Positions 10,476-21,296 of a DNA stretch of 64,000 bases are shown here, piece by piece (within the stretch, counting starts at the first letter, position 1; each line of letters begins with the position of its first letter). Origin of the DNA: Bacteroidaceae bacterium (GTDB lineage: Bacteria; Bacteroidota; Bacteroidia; Bacteroidales; Bacteroidaceae); NCBI GenBank assembly GCA_024398695.1, contig JAKSIR010000001.1:15767-79766 (forward strand), in the 5' to 3' direction. The position numbers were made by a program, and so were the translations under genes. The notes under the pieces were generated by a model. That model did not search any database. It had not been told where the DNA came from and worked only from the letters and a program-made list of their open reading frames with translations.

Positions 10476-11605
10476 CAACTCCGTACTATCAGTATGACCT
10501 TGGGGTGCTGGAAGACACCCTGAAGGCAATAGGCAGATGCACATCCGGACATGACAACTGGCATGTGCACTATGCAATCAAGGCCAACGCCAATCCCATG
10601 CTTCTTGAACAGGTCAGGAAGTACGGACTGGGCATAGACTGCGTAAGCGGAGGTGAAGTGCAAACAGCACTTGACAACGGCTTCGAGCCGTCCAGAATTG
10701 TCTTTGCCGGTGTCGGCAAGGCCGACTGGGAGATTGACCTGGCGCTGAAGGCCGGCATCTCATGCTTCAACGTGGAGTCCGAAGCCGAACTTGACGTCAT
10801 AGCGGAACGCTGTCAGGAACTTGGCAGAAAGGCTACGATTGCCTTCCGTGTCAACCCGGATGTCGATGCCCATACACATGCCAACATCACCACAGGAAAA
10901 GCCGAGAACAAGTTCGGGATTGAGATACCGATGCTTCTGCCAATAGTACGCAAGGCGCTTGCCAATCCGTGTTTCACATTCAGCGGCCTGCACTTCCACA
11001 TAGGCTCACAGATTACTGAAATGGGGCCCTTCGAACTTCTCTGCCAGAAGGTCAACATGCTGCAGGACATATTCGAGAAGGAGGGCATCAGCATGCCTTC
11101 AATCAACGTGGGCGGAGGACTCGGCGTTGACTACGAAAATCCTCTTCAGAATATGATACCTGACTTCGAAGGCTACTTCAGCGTGTTCAGCCGCCACCTG
11201 AAACTCAGACCGGGACAACAGCTTCACTTCGAGCTTGGCCGTGCCGTAGTGGCACAGTGCGGACGTCTCATGACCAAGGTACTGTATGTCAAGCAGGGCA
11301 CTGTAAAGAAGTTTGCAATTGTCGATGCAGGTTTCACGGAACTGATACGTCCTGCCCTTTACGGTGCGCAGCACAGAATCGTGAACATAAGTTCCAATGG
11401 TCCCCTGCAGAAATATGACGTTGTTGGCCCGATATGCGAATCGTCAGACACATTCCAGAAAGATGCCGTGCTGCCTGAAACGAAGCGCGGCGACCTTATT
11501 GCCATAATGACGGCCGGAGCGTACGGCGAAGCCATGGCTTCATGCTACAACTGCCGCCGCATGGTCCAGTCTGAAAGCGGGAAATTCAGAACTGCTGACC
11601 GATAG
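10472..11605 (+). CDS. lysA: diaminopimelate decarboxylase
   Basis: The 377 aa product has the PLP-lysine motif HYAIKANANP and the GGGLGV and CESSD motifs. Its start overlaps the lysC stop in an ATGA. Confidence 0.9.
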   Translation: MTTPYYQYDLGVLEDTLKAIGRCTSGHDNWHVHYAIKANANPMLLEQVRKYGLGIDCVSGGEVQTALDNGFEPSRIVFAGVGKADWEIDLALKAGISCFNVESEAELDVIAERCQELGRKATIAFRVNPDVDAHTHANITTGKAENKFGIEIPMLLPIVRKALANPCFTFSGLHFHIGSQITEMGPFELLCQKVNMLQDIFEKEGISMPSINVGGGLGVDYENPLQNMIPDFEGYFSVFSRHLKLRPGQQLHFELGRAVVAQCGRLMTKVLYVKQGTVKKFAIVDAGFTELIRPALYGAQHRIVNISSNGPLQKYDVVGPICESSDTFQKDAVLPETKRGDLIAIMTAGAYGEAMASCYNCRRMVQSESGKFRTADR

Positions 11606-12479
11606 TGACATTCAGCGTCGAGACTCCCATACCGCACCAGAAGCCCATTCCGCCGTTGACGTTGCCATTCAGATTCTCAATGATGGCGACAAAGCCTATA
11701 TCCGTTTTTGTTGCCCTGTCCAGTCCGCGCCATATCTCATACGATATGGAATCCAGCGTCGCCAGCTTGACCGTCACTTCGTCGCCCGCTTCAAACATTA
11801 TGCTCCGTTCGTTGTGCCCGGAATCAATGCCGGACAGGAGTTCCTTGTGAATATTCTGATACACTTTGTGCTGCAATCCTGCCGCATTGGCCATCGTACA
11901 GTATGTGTTGAGATTCCAGTTGTCAATCGTTCCCACACCCGACGGATAGAATCTCTCGTCATCTGCAGTTTCGTTCATGACAAAGAACTGATACCAGGAA
12001 TGAACGTCACGGTCATCGGAGAAACTGGCGGTAATCCCATAGTGTTCACCTTTGGAATCAGACCTGTAAACTGTCAGGCTGTCAATGGCCTTAGGTTCCG
12101 GAATACTTGTCACAGCAGTCAGATGCTGTCCGTTACAGCGTATATCAAGCGTATACGTCTTTCCTGGCTCTCCGACCATTCCACTTGTCGTATAGGCAGG
12201 GAACGCGCCCGACATGGTCATCGTATTCAGCTGGACGGTACAGTTTCCGTCACTGACTGAGATCACAGGGTCCAGTGACAGCAGTTTCATGTACTCCTCC
12301 ATTATATCCAGATCTTCAGTCGAAGGACTTATGGTCTTTGTAATAATGACAACCGGATTTCGGCCTGATTCGATTGTCCCCTCAACGACAAACTGATCCG
12401 GATACACGACCCAATCGGCCTCGCATGAAACGGCCGTAATCAGAAAAAGTATTGCAAGCGATTTCAGTGCGGACTTCAT
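11586..12479 (-). CDS. DUF4249-like lipoprotein
   Basis: The 297 aa product has the signal peptide LAILFLITAVSC. It is ATGA-coupled directly downstream of a TonB-dependent receptor, which is the usual DUF4249 context (recalled). Confidence 0.55.
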   Translation of the reverse strand: MKSALKSLAILFLITAVSCEADWVVYPDQFVVEGTIESGRNPVVIITKTISPSTEDLDIMEEYMKLLSLDPVISVSDGNCTVQLNTMTMSGAFPAYTTSGMVGEPGKTYTLDIRCNGQHLTAVTSIPEPKAIDSLTVYRSDSKGEHYGITASFSDDRDVHSWYQFFVMNETADDERFYPSGVGTIDNWNLNTYCTMANAAGLQHKVYQNIHKELLSGIDSGHNERSIMFEAGDEVTVKLATLDSISYEIWRGLDRATKTDIGFVAIIENLNGNVNGGMGFWCGMGVSTLNVTIGQQF

Positions 12480-14554
12480 AATTCAATGTGAAAACTTATG
12501 GAAGGTATGCATATCGGAGTCACGACAAAACGTTTCATTGCATATGTAGGAGACTCCTTGTGATATATTCTGCCGAAATAGTAATACATCACATTCTCAT
12601 TGCACAAGGCATTGTAAAGAGAGAAGTTAAGGCCGTATGAACATTTTTTATCATGTCTTATGTTCCAGTCAGCCGAAAGGTCCAGACGCCAGTTGGCCGG
12701 CAGTCTGGCATTGTTGTGGCTGCCGTATTCAATGACGGCACCTTCATTCAGGAAATATACGTACTTGGGCATGGTGAACGGAGTGCCGGAACAGAACAGG
12801 CCGTCCGCGCCGAAGGTCCATTTGCCGCCAGCCTTCCAGTTGACCCTGACGTTCAGATCATGAGGACGTTCAAAATAGGTCGGAGTGAACACATCGGCAC
12901 CGCCTATCTTGGTGAAGGCGCGGCCGTAAGCATAGGAAATCCATCCGTTCAGCCTGCCACGGTCCTTTCTTATCATGAGATTCAGGCCATACGAATAGCC
13001 GTTTCCGCAAGTCAGGCCGTCTCTCATGGAATAATTTTCGAAATAGATATCGTGCATGCCGTTGTTGAACTCGACAAGGTTATTCAGAGACTTGCAGTAC
13101 AGTTCGGCAGAAATGCCCAATACATTGTCAAACAGACCGCTCTCCAAATTCAGCGAGCAGTATCTTGACCATTCCGGCCTGATTCCGGCGTCGGACGGAA
13201 GCCAGAATTCCGTAGGCAGCCCGTTTGTGGTGTATCCGAACAGATGCAGATACTGATGGCTGGTTCCGGCTTCAATCCTGAACATACTTCCGGCACGGTC
13301 ATTGAAAGTATGAGTGAACGACACCGACGGATCAAGGTTGCAGAACACATCACCGTCATCATTGCCTGCAAAGCGGCTCCCGAGGAGTGACGCCTCGACT
13401 GTATTGTTCATGTTCAGGGACCATTCGAAACCGGCATGTGCAGTGCATGACCACGAGCCCAGGTTAACCTTATGTCTCCAGTCGGCCTGGCCTGCGCTGT
13501 AAACCTCGGGAGACGATTCCTCGAATCCGTACTTTGAAACCTTCGCTCCGTATTTCAGTATATTGTCGCCCAGGAATCTGACACCGTCAAGTTCGTAGGA
13601 CATGTCCGTCAATCCGCCCGGAAGCGAATATGAATTGTCCATGGACAAGGCACTCATGGTGCAGAAATATGACGACCGGTACACCGACTGGTCAATATGG
13701 CCATTCTCTGTCGTGTGTTCCCAGGTGGCCGATGCAGCCATGTTCTCCCAATTGCTGTGGATGTTCGAATCATCGCCTGAAATCAGGATATTGGCCTTGT
13801 CCGTTCCGTCAAAGAAACTGACTGTCAGCACATCATTCTGTCCGAAACGGCTCGTCCAGTTTGCATTCACATCCTTGAAACCATATACAAGACTGTTGCC
13901 GTCCATGAATTTGTCAAGCAGACCCCCATAAAGGAAATTCAGGTATGTGGCGCGGGCGGAAACGGAAAGCACCGAGTTATCAAAAACCGGCATGCGGACA
14001 TTTGCCTGGCTTCCTATCAGTCCGGCCGCCAGTTTGGCCGTGACTTTCTCGGGACGCACAGTGTCCGACCTCATGACGACCTGTCCTCCCAGTCTGTTGC
14101 CGGATGCCCCGGCCCTTCTGGAAAACTCCATAGTTCTGAAATGGAGATTGTTGAACATGGAATACAGCCCCAGCAGGTGCGACGGGTTGTATATGGGAGC
14201 AGCGTCAATCTGAACCTGCGTATGGGAACTGCCGGTACCGTCGACGAACAGCCCTCCCTGCATCTCGTTAGTTGTCTGAACTCCGGGAAGTGCCTGCAGA
14301 TATTTCAAGGGATCCGAAAAGCCGAGCACTTTCGGCGCGTTTTCAAGAGCGACAAGCGGAATGTACATTCTTGTCGAAAGATTCCCTGTCAGTGCGGTGT
14401 CTGAACGCGAATCAATGTCAACCTGCTGGATGGTCATTCCGGGAGTCTCTTCATTCTGTGCGCCGACAGACGTGGGCACAGTAACGGATAATGACAATGC
14501 CAAAGTCCTCATTACCGCACCAACGGCTCCGCGCATATCCACTCCATAATTCAT
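12476..14554 (-). CDS. TonB-dependent receptor
   Basis: The start was taken at ATG 14554 (MNYGVDMRGAVGAVMRTLALSLSV...), which gives a signal peptide. Plug-domain motifs are present (DPLKYLQALPGVQ, GGLFVDG, IDAAPIYNPSHLLGLYSMFN), and the C-terminal barrel ends IPSISFHIEL. The ORF-track extension to 14995 overlaps a divergent gene. Confidence 0.8.
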   Translation of the reverse strand: MNYGVDMRGAVGAVMRTLALSLSVTVPTSVGAQNEETPGMTIQQVDIDSRSDTALTGNLSTRMYIPLVALENAPKVLGFSDPLKYLQALPGVQTTNEMQGGLFVDGTGSSHTQVQIDAAPIYNPSHLLGLYSMFNNLHFRTMEFSRRAGASGNRLGGQVVMRSDTVRPEKVTAKLAAGLIGSQANVRMPVFDNSVLSVSARATYLNFLYGGLLDKFMDGNSLVYGFKDVNANWTSRFGQNDVLTVSFFDGTDKANILISGDDSNIHSNWENMAASATWEHTTENGHIDQSVYRSSYFCTMSALSMDNSYSLPGGLTDMSYELDGVRFLGDNILKYGAKVSKYGFEESSPEVYSAGQADWRHKVNLGSWSCTAHAGFEWSLNMNNTVEASLLGSRFAGNDDGDVFCNLDPSVSFTHTFNDRAGSMFRIEAGTSHQYLHLFGYTTNGLPTEFWLPSDAGIRPEWSRYCSLNLESGLFDNVLGISAELYCKSLNNLVEFNNGMHDIYFENYSMRDGLTCGNGYSYGLNLMIRKDRGRLNGWISYAYGRAFTKIGGADVFTPTYFERPHDLNVRVNWKAGGKWTFGADGLFCSGTPFTMPKYVYFLNEGAVIEYGSHNNARLPANWRLDLSADWNIRHDKKCSYGLNFSLYNALCNENVMYYYFGRIYHKESPTYAMKRFVVTPICIPSISFHIEL

Positions 14555-14597
14555 ACAATCGCAAAAATACCGATTATTTCGTAAATTTGTTCCCGAT

Positions 14598-15323
14598 ATG
14601 AGAGCAGTTGCAGTCTTCGCAGTAATTCTTCTTTCAGCAGGCGCGCTGGCCGGAGAGCCGGCTGCCGGACGGCTGTTCCCGTCCCCCGGCGGTGATGTGG
14701 AATATTGTGAAGAGGAGACATCGGCCGCATGGCACATGAGTCTGAATACGACTGCGGACGGCAAGGCGGCAAGGAAAAGCAGGACGGTTCTGATAACGAG
14801 GATAACATCTGTGACAACCCATCGTTTTGACAGTGACGGAAACGAGACCGAATGCTGCGTATTCCGTCCCAGAAATCCGAACATGGCCACCATCGAACTT
14901 GGAGCCGATGGAAACACACCGGTTGTCGTAAATGACAGCATAGACATGTCACTGCCTTCGGAACGCACCGTCTTCACATATCTGGATGACGGCAAAGTGG
15001 CAGTATGTCATTGGGAAAGCAGTCTCGGAATCGAGCACCTTGTCCTGACCGACACTCTTCCGGTACCGTCTGCCCCGGCCGTTACCGAAAGGAAGTTCAC
15101 CAGACATGACAGCACAGGTACCGCCACATACTACCTGAACGAACACGGATGCGTTTCAATGATAGAGGAAGACCGTAACGACGGGACCATGACCGTCACC
15201 ACATACGAAGGCTACAGATACGACAACTACGGGAACTGGACTGAGCGCAGACGCTACTCCCTCCACCCCGACGGACGCCACATCCTGACAGGTACGGACC
15301 GCCGCCGTTACCGTTATCGCTGA
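14598..15323 (+). CDS. hypothetical secreted protein
   Basis: The 241 aa product has the signal peptide MRAVAVFAVILLSAGALAG and no recognisable family. It lies divergent to the TonB receptor and contains one YD-like element (YRYDNYGNW). Confidence 0.45.
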   Translation: MRAVAVFAVILLSAGALAGEPAAGRLFPSPGGDVEYCEEETSAAWHMSLNTTADGKAARKSRTVLITRITSVTTHRFDSDGNETECCVFRPRNPNMATIELGADGNTPVVVNDSIDMSLPSERTVFTYLDDGKVAVCHWESSLGIEHLVLTDTLPVPSAPAVTERKFTRHDSTGTATYYLNEHGCVSMIEEDRNDGTMTVTTYEGYRYDNYGNWTERRRYSLHPDGRHILTGTDRRRYRYR

Positions 15324-15326
15324 CGC

Positions 15327-16562
15327 CTACTCGAAACGCATGGAACGTGCCGGATCTATGCGTGAAATTATGGCAGTGGGAATGAGCATCATGAGCATGG
15401 ACACAGCAAGCATAATGGCATTCAGAATCACAAGCCACCCCAGGCCCAGCTGGACAGGAACGTGGTCAATGTAGTAATTGACCGGATCCAACGGGATGAT
15501 GCAGGTGTATTTCTGAATGAGACATAGAGTAACGGCTACCAGATTGCCTATTGCCATCCCCTTCAGTATTATGTACGATGCGAGCCTCAGGAATATTCTT
15601 CTGACAAGACGGTCGCCTGCACCTAGCGATTTGAGCACTCCTATTGTCTGAGTCCTTTCAAAAATGATGATAAGAAGTCCCGAGACCATAGTAAAGCCGG
15701 CAATGCCCATCATCAGGGCAAGTATAATCCAGACGTTCATATCCAGAATGCCAAGCCACGCGAACAGGCCTGAATTGATCTGTTCAGCAGTTCTGACAAG
15801 ACAGCTCTGACCCGATTCGTCCTGCCACAAGTCAATTTCATGTCTAAGGTCAGCGTATCCCACTTCGGCGGAGATTCCTTCAGACAATTCCACTTCCAGG
15901 CCCGAATATGCATCACTGTCCCATCCGTTGAGCTTCTGCAGCATGTCCATGCCGCAGACTGCAGTCATATTGTCGTAGCCCGCGAATCCGGTCTCGAATA
16001 TGCCCGCAACGGTAACACGGCGCATGCGGATTCTGTTCTGCATGAAGTGGACATCGGCCTTGCTGCCTGCCGAAAGGCCCAGCGACCCGGCAATTTCCTT
16101 TGACAGGAGAATCCATGGAGATGTACTGTCCGAGAGTTCCGGATACGCGCCTTCGACAATGTGCTCCTTCAGGAATGACTGGTCACAGTCACGGCCGATG
16201 CCTTTCAGAACCAGTCCGTGAAACGCCTTGTCGGTTCTTATGATGCAGGGCTTGTTGACAAAAGGCCGTACGGCATCAATGCAGTCAACCGAACGCAGTG
16301 ACTCAAGCACAGAATCGGGAAAGGCCACAGGATGTTCTGTTGCCAATGTCCCGGAAAAACTGCCCTGCACCTGAATGTCTCCGGTGAATCCGGTAACCTT
16401 TTCGCGAATCTCGCTTTTGAAACCGCGCGTGATTGCAAGCGACAGTATCATGACGGCTATGCCTATTGCCACACCGATTGTGACAATGAATGACGCCGGA
16501 CGGGAACCGCCGCGGGAATCTCCGTTATGACCATATAGTCTTTTTGCAATGAATTGTTCCAA
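15327..16562 (-). CDS. FtsX/LolE-like ABC transporter permease
   Basis: The product has the four-TM layout with a large periplasmic loop typical of FtsX-like permeases. The start is inferred at TTG 16562, giving MEQFIAKRLYG, the usual family N-terminus. The longest ORF (TTG 16712) would overlap the divergent acyl-CoA ligase gene. Confidence 0.75.
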   Translation of the reverse strand: MEQFIAKRLYGHNGDSRGGSRPASFIVTIGVAIGIAVMILSLAITRGFKSEIREKVTGFTGDIQVQGSFSGTLATEHPVAFPDSVLESLRSVDCIDAVRPFVNKPCIIRTDKAFHGLVLKGIGRDCDQSFLKEHIVEGAYPELSDSTSPWILLSKEIAGSLGLSAGSKADVHFMQNRIRMRRVTVAGIFETGFAGYDNMTAVCGMDMLQKLNGWDSDAYSGLEVELSEGISAEVGYADLRHEIDLWQDESGQSCLVRTAEQINSGLFAWLGILDMNVWIILALMMGIAGFTMVSGLLIIIFERTQTIGVLKSLGAGDRLVRRIFLRLASYIILKGMAIGNLVAVTLCLIQKYTCIIPLDPVNYYIDHVPVQLGLGWLVILNAIMLAVSMLMMLIPTAIISRIDPARSMRFE

Positions 16563-16626
16563 ATGAAATCGTATTTGACTGCGAAGATAGCCCAAATATG
16601 TGTATCTTCGCACAAAATTTCGCACG

Positions 16627-18321
16627 ATGATGACAACGGGATACGACAGAAGCAACTGCCCTCTTCCAAAGAAAGGAATCCAGTCCCTGATTGCGGACGC
16701 TCTCCGCGACAACTGGGAACTTGCGGCCTTTACCGATTACAAGGGAGCCACACTCATGTTCCGTGACGTTGCCCTCAAGATTGCACGGCTGCACGTACTG
16801 TTCAAGGAAACCGGCATCAAGCCCGGTGACCGTGTGGCCATATGCGGGCGCAATTCATCAAGCTGGGCTGTAGCCTGTCTCGCCGCAATGTCATACAAAG
16901 CCGTTGTCGTCCCCATTCTTCATGAATTCAAGCCCGACAACATACACAATATCGTCAATCACAGCGAGGCACGTCTGCTCTTTGCCGCAAAACATATCTG
17001 GGACCATCTCGATCCCGAAGCCATGACCTCGGTCGAAGGCGTCCTGAGCCTTGAGAACTTCAACACGTTCCTTTCGCGCAGCAAAGCGCTTGACAATGTG
17101 CAGGAAAATCTGGACGGACTCTTCAGCCGTCAATACCCTGACGGTTTCACATCGGACAATGTCGAATTCACCGACGCCGACCCGGAGAGTCTTGCAATGA
17201 TCAACTACACTTCCGGTTCGACAGGCTTTTCAAAGGGCGTCATGCTGCCATGCCGTTCGCTTGTGAACAACAGGCTGCTCGCAGCAAGGGCCATGTACAG
17301 CTTCCAGGCAGGATACGAGGTGCTCTCCATACTGCCAATGGCACATATGTACGGTTTCTCGTTCGAATTCTTCTACGAATTCTCCGTAGGATGCCACATA
17401 TATTTCCTTACCCGGCTGCCCAGTCCGAAAGTGATATTCCAGGCTTTGGGCGAAATAAGGCCAAGACTCATCGTATCGGTTCCACTGGTAATCGAGAAGA
17501 TCATAAGGAAGAATGTCATGCCGAAACTTGAAAAGCCGTCCATGAAACTGCTGCTCAAGTTGCCTGTCGTGGGCGGTATCATACGCCGCAAGATCGGACG
17601 CGAACTGGTTGAAGCCTTTGGAGGCCGGTTCTTTCAGGTGATTATAGGCGGTGCGGCGTTCAGCCATGAAATCGAGCAGTTCCTCGCATCGGTACATTTC
17701 CCATACACTGTAGGATACGGAGCCACTGAATGCGGCCCCATCATCACCTACCAGGACAAGGACAGCTTCGTTCCCGGGTCATGCGGTGTCCCGGCACCGA
17801 ACATGGAGGTTAAGATCCTGAGCAGCGACCCTCAGAACATTGCCGGCGAAATTGTGTGCAAAGGTCCGAACGTCATGCTGGGATACTACAGGAATGACGA
17901 GCTGACAGCCAAGACCATTGACAGTGATGGCTGGCTCCATACCGGCGACCTTGGCGTCTTTGACGCGCAGGGTAACCTGTTCATCAAAGGACGCAGCAAG
18001 AACATGCTGCTTGGCCCCTCCGGGCAGAACATATACCCGGAAGAGATTGAAGACCTTCTGGGCAACATGTATCTGGTGTGCGAATCGCTGGTCATCCAGG
18101 AGAATGACAAACTTGTGGCACTGGTGTTCCCCGATTATGACGAGGCCGGGAAACAGGGTCTCCATGAAGACGGCATTGCAGGAATCATGGAGCAGAACCG
18201 CAAACAGTTGAACTCCTCTCTGCCGGCATACGAACAGATAGCTGAAATCAGAATCCGCGACGAGGAATTCGAAAAGACCCCGAAGAAGTCCATAAAGCGC
18301 TATCTGTACCAGAAGCAGTAG
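16627..18321 (+). CDS. AMP-dependent synthetase / long-chain-fatty-acid--CoA ligase
   Basis: The ATG is at 16627. The product has the AMP-binding motif [12 protein letters not shown], the GYGATE and TGD motifs, and a C-terminal PKKSIKR lysine motif. Confidence 0.85.
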   Translation: MMTTGYDRSNCPLPKKGIQSLIADALRDNWELAAFTDYKGATLMFRDVALKIARLHVLFKETGIKPGDRVAICGRNSSSWAVACLAAMSYKAVVVPILHEFKPDNIHNIVNHSEARLLFAAKHIWDHLDPEAMTSVEGVLSLENFNTFLSRSKALDNVQENLDGLFSRQYPDGFTSDNVEFTDADPESLAMINYTSGSTGFSKGVMLPCRSLVNNRLLAARAMYSFQAGYEVLSILPMAHMYGFSFEFFYEFSVGCHIYFLTRLPSPKVIFQALGEIRPRLIVSVPLVIEKIIRKNVMPKLEKPSMKLLLKLPVVGGIIRRKIGRELVEAFGGRFFQVIIGGAAFSHEIEQFLASVHFPYTVGYGATECGPIITYQDKDSFVPGSCGVPAPNMEVKILSSDPQNIAGEIVCKGPNVMLGYYRNDELTAKTIDSDGWLHTGDLGVFDAQGNLFIKGRSKNMLLGPSGQNIYPEEIEDLLGNMYLVCESLVIQENDKLVALVFPDYDEAGKQGLHEDGIAGIMEQNRKQLNSSLPAYEQIAEIRIRDEEFEKTPKKSIKRYLYQKQ

Positions 18322-18353
18322 CCACTATCCGAATCAGAGAGAAGACACGTAAA

Positions 18354-20135
18354 ATGAAGAATATAAGGAATTTCTGCATCATTGCGCACATTGACCACGG
18401 CAAATCCACTCTGGCCGACCGCCTGCTGGAATACACCAAGACCATAGACATTACCGAAGGGCAGATGCTCGATGACATGGACCTGGAAAAGGAACGCGGC
18501 ATAACCATCAAGAGCCACGCCATCCAGATGGAGTACGAGCACAACGGCGAGAAGTACATACTCAACCTTATTGACACTCCGGGACACGTCGACTTTTCAT
18601 ACGAGGTTTCACGTTCCATAGCAGCCTGCGAAGGAGCTCTGCTGGTGGTCGATGCCACCCAGGGCGTTCAGGCACAGACAATAAGCAACCTGTACATGGC
18701 CATCGAGCATGACCTGGAAATAATTCCGGTCATCAACAAATGCGACATGCAGAGTGCCATGCCGGACGAAGTTGAAGACGAAATAGTCGAACTTCTTGGC
18801 TGCAAGCGTTCGGAGATTCTCCGTGCATCGGCCCGTACGGGCATGGGCGTGCCTGAAATCCTCGATGCAATCGTCGAGCGTATCCCCCACCCTGTAGGTG
18901 ACCCTGAGGCCCCGCTGCAGGCACTTATTTTCGACTCGGTCTTCAATTCGTTCCGCGGCATCATTGCCTACTTCAAGATTGAGAACGGCTGCATACACAA
19001 GGGCGACAAAGTCAAGTTCGTCAACACCGGAAAAGAATACGATGCCGACGACGTCGGTGTTCTGAAAATGGATATGGTGTCACGCGATGTCATGACGACC
19101 GGCGATGTAGGCTATATAATTTCAGGCATCAAGACATCGACCGAAGTAAAGGTCGGCGATACCATTACACATGTTGCACGCCCGTGCGACAAGGCAATCG
19201 CCGGATTTGAAGAGTCAAAGCCGATGGTCTTTGCCGGCGTCTATCCCATTGACCCCGAAGAGTATGAGGATTTGCGTGCAAGTCTGGAAAAGCTTCAGCT
19301 TAACGATGCATCCATAAGTTTCTTCCCCGAGTCATCGGCCGCGCTGGGTTTCGGATTCCGTTGTGGTTTCCTTGGTCTTCTGCACATGGAGATTGTCCAG
19401 GAACGTCTGGACCGCGAGTTTGACATGAGTGTCATTACCACAGTCCCGAACGTGTCGTACATGGTTTATGACAAGCAGGGCAACGCCACCGAGGTGCACA
19501 ACCCCAGCGGCATGCCTGACCTGACGCTCATTGACCACATCGAGGAACCGTTCATTGATGCATCGATAATTACCACAAGCGAATACATAGGTCCCATAAT
19601 GACCCTGTGCCTTGACAAGCGCGGGGAACTTGTCAAGCAGCAGTTCATTGCCGGAAACCGTGTCGAGCTGTACTTCAAGCTGCCGCTCGGCGAAATTGTC
19701 ATTGACTTCTACGACAAGCTTAAGAGCATAAGCAAGGGTTATGCATCGTTCGACTATCATCCATGCGGATACCGTCCGTCAAAGCTCATCAAGCTTGACA
19801 TACTGCTGAACGGCGAGCCTGTCGATGCTCTGTCAACGCTCACCCATTTTGACAACGCCTATGACCTGGGCCGCCGCATGTGCGAAAAGCTGAAGGAACT
19901 TATACCCCGCCAGCAGTTCGACATTGCCATCCAGGCAGCCATAGGTTCAAAGATCATTGCACGCGAGACCATCAAGCAGGTCCGCAAGGATGTCACTGCA
20001 AAGTGCTACGGCGGTGACGTGTCACGTAAGCGCAAGCTTCTTGAAAAGCAGAAAAAGGGCAAGAAGCGCATGAAGCAGATAGGCAACGTCGAGGTTCCGC
20101 AGAAGGCCTTCCTCGCTGTACTGAAACTTGACTGA
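18354..20135 (+). CDS. lepA: translation elongation factor 4
   Basis: The 593 aa product has the GTPase motifs [14 protein letters not shown] and NKCD, and the LepA-specific C-terminus [23 protein letters not shown]. Confidence 0.97.
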   Translation: MKNIRNFCIIAHIDHGKSTLADRLLEYTKTIDITEGQMLDDMDLEKERGITIKSHAIQMEYEHNGEKYILNLIDTPGHVDFSYEVSRSIAACEGALLVVDATQGVQAQTISNLYMAIEHDLEIIPVINKCDMQSAMPDEVEDEIVELLGCKRSEILRASARTGMGVPEILDAIVERIPHPVGDPEAPLQALIFDSVFNSFRGIIAYFKIENGCIHKGDKVKFVNTGKEYDADDVGVLKMDMVSRDVMTTGDVGYIISGIKTSTEVKVGDTITHVARPCDKAIAGFEESKPMVFAGVYPIDPEEYEDLRASLEKLQLNDASISFFPESSAALGFGFRCGFLGLLHMEIVQERLDREFDMSVITTVPNVSYMVYDKQGNATEVHNPSGMPDLTLIDHIEEPFIDASIITTSEYIGPIMTLCLDKRGELVKQQFIAGNRVELYFKLPLGEIVIDFYDKLKSISKGYASFDYHPCGYRPSKLIKLDILLNGEPVDALSTLTHFDNAYDLGRRMCEKLKELIPRQQFDIAIQAAIGSKIIARETIKQVRKDVTAKCYGGDVSRKRKLLEKQKKGKKRMKQIGNVEVPQKAFLAVLKLD

Positions 20136-20153
20136 TTCACTCCCGACAACATA

Positions 20154-20192
20154 AAATCCCGAAAGGCCCAAGGCCTTCCGGGATTTCCTTTT
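20154..20192 (+). terminator. intrinsic terminator after lepA (probably bidirectional)
   Basis: A 14-bp stem with one mismatch (AAATCCCGAAAGGCC / GGCCTTCCGGGATTT) and a 3-nt loop is followed by a T-rich tail. It sits between the convergent lepA and wHTH genes. Confidence 0.7.
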
Positions 20193-20212
20193 CTGCAATT
20201 CCTGTGAGATTA

Positions 20213-20410
20213 TTACTTCAGGGCGTAATAGTTTTCATCTTCGCCTTCTGTAACGTTGATTTTGTCTTCTCTAAGAAGCCAGCCAAGACCAAGATAGAAC
20301 TCGTCATTCTTGAGTTTTGCAGCTTTCTTGATTTCCTTCATGGAAAGGGCGTTCTTGCCTTCCAGTGCACGCCAGATCATTCCGGCGAATTCTCCTACCT
20401 TTTCGTTCAT
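20213..20410 (-). CDS. small winged-helix domain protein (DUF2582-like)
   Basis: The 65 aa product MNEKVGEFAGMIWRALEGKNALSMKEIKKAAKLKNDEFYLGLGWLLREDKI matches my recollection of the conserved Bacteroidota wHTH mini-protein. Confidence 0.55.
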   Translation of the reverse strand: MNEKVGEFAGMIWRALEGKNALSMKEIKKAAKLKNDEFYLGLGWLLREDKINVTEGEDENYYALK

Positions 20411-20440
20411 AAATATCCTGTAAGTATTAAATCCGGGTAC

Positions 20441-20481
20441 AAAATTACGGCATTATTGCCATAAAATGACGATAATGCCGT
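20441..20481 (-). terminator. hairpin terminator downstream of yebC
   Basis: A perfect 10-bp stem (ACGGCATTAT / ATAATGCCGT, 20447-20456 and 20472-20481) is followed on the minus strand by AATTTT. Confidence 0.5.
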
Positions 20482-20519
20482 AAAAATTAACCGAATTAAC
20501 TTAAAAAGCTAAACAATTC

Positions 20520-21254
20520 TCATTCCTCTTCAAGAGGACGCATATTGGTGTAGACGTTCTGAACGTCATCATCCTCGTCAAGTCGCTCGACAATCTTGTC
20601 AATTGTTTCACGCTGTTCGGGAGTGACATCCTTCAAGTCGTTGGGAATACGCGTAAATTCCGCTGCCTTCACTTCAAAGCCGTTCTCTTCGAAGTATTTC
20701 TGGATAGCTGCGAATGACTTCGGGTCGCCATACAGAGTAACTTCACCCTCTTCCTCATCAATATCGTATTCGTCTTCAACGCCAAGATCGATAAGCTCCA
20801 GAATCAGTTCGTCCATATCGACTCCGTCCTTCTGCTTTATTGTAAACATGGCCTTGTGGCTGAACATGAAATCCAGACTGCCGCTGGTACCCAGCTGGCC
20901 GCCGAACTTGGTGAATACCGAGCGTACATTGGCAACGGTACGTGTGGTGTTGTCGGTAAGTGTTTCAACATATATGGCAATGCCGTGAGGACCGTAACCC
21001 TCATAGTTCATTTCCTTATAGTCCTTGGTGTCCTTGCCCATGGCATTCTTGATAGCGCGCTCGACGTTATCCTTGGGCATGTTCTCATGCTTGGCGGTAG
21101 CGATGATGGCACGCAGTGCTGCGTTATTGTCAGGATCAGGACCACCGGCCTTGACAGCAATCGATATCTGCTTGCCGATACGTGTGAATGTTTTTGCCAT
21201 GTTGCCCCAGCGCTTGAGCTTGCGGGCCTTTCTGAATTCAAATGCTCTTCCCAT
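20520..21254 (-). CDS. yebC: YebC/PmpR-family transcriptional regulator
   Basis: The 244 aa product begins MGRAFEFRKARKLKRWGNMAKTFTRIGK, the hallmark YebC N-terminus. Confidence 0.9.
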   Translation of the reverse strand: MGRAFEFRKARKLKRWGNMAKTFTRIGKQISIAVKAGGPDPDNNAALRAIIATAKHENMPKDNVERAIKNAMGKDTKDYKEMNYEGYGPHGIAIYVETLTDNTTRTVANVRSVFTKFGGQLGTSGSLDFMFSHKAMFTIKQKDGVDMDELILELIDLGVEDEYDIDEEEGEVTLYGDPKSFAAIQKYFEENGFEVKAAEFTRIPNDLKDVTPEQRETIDKIVERLDEDDDVQNVYTNMRPLEEE

Positions 21255-21296
21255 TTTTTATGTATAATTTTTAAGTTTCGCAAAAGTGGAACGCAG

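Noticed and set aside
14555-14995. N-terminal 147-codon extension of the TonB-dependent receptor ORF (track start 14995).
   Set aside because: The extension has no signal peptide and is low-complexity (P/S/A/R-rich). It lies entirely antisense to the divergent signal-peptide ORF at 14598-15323. The ATG at 14554 gives a normal signal peptide followed by the plug domain.
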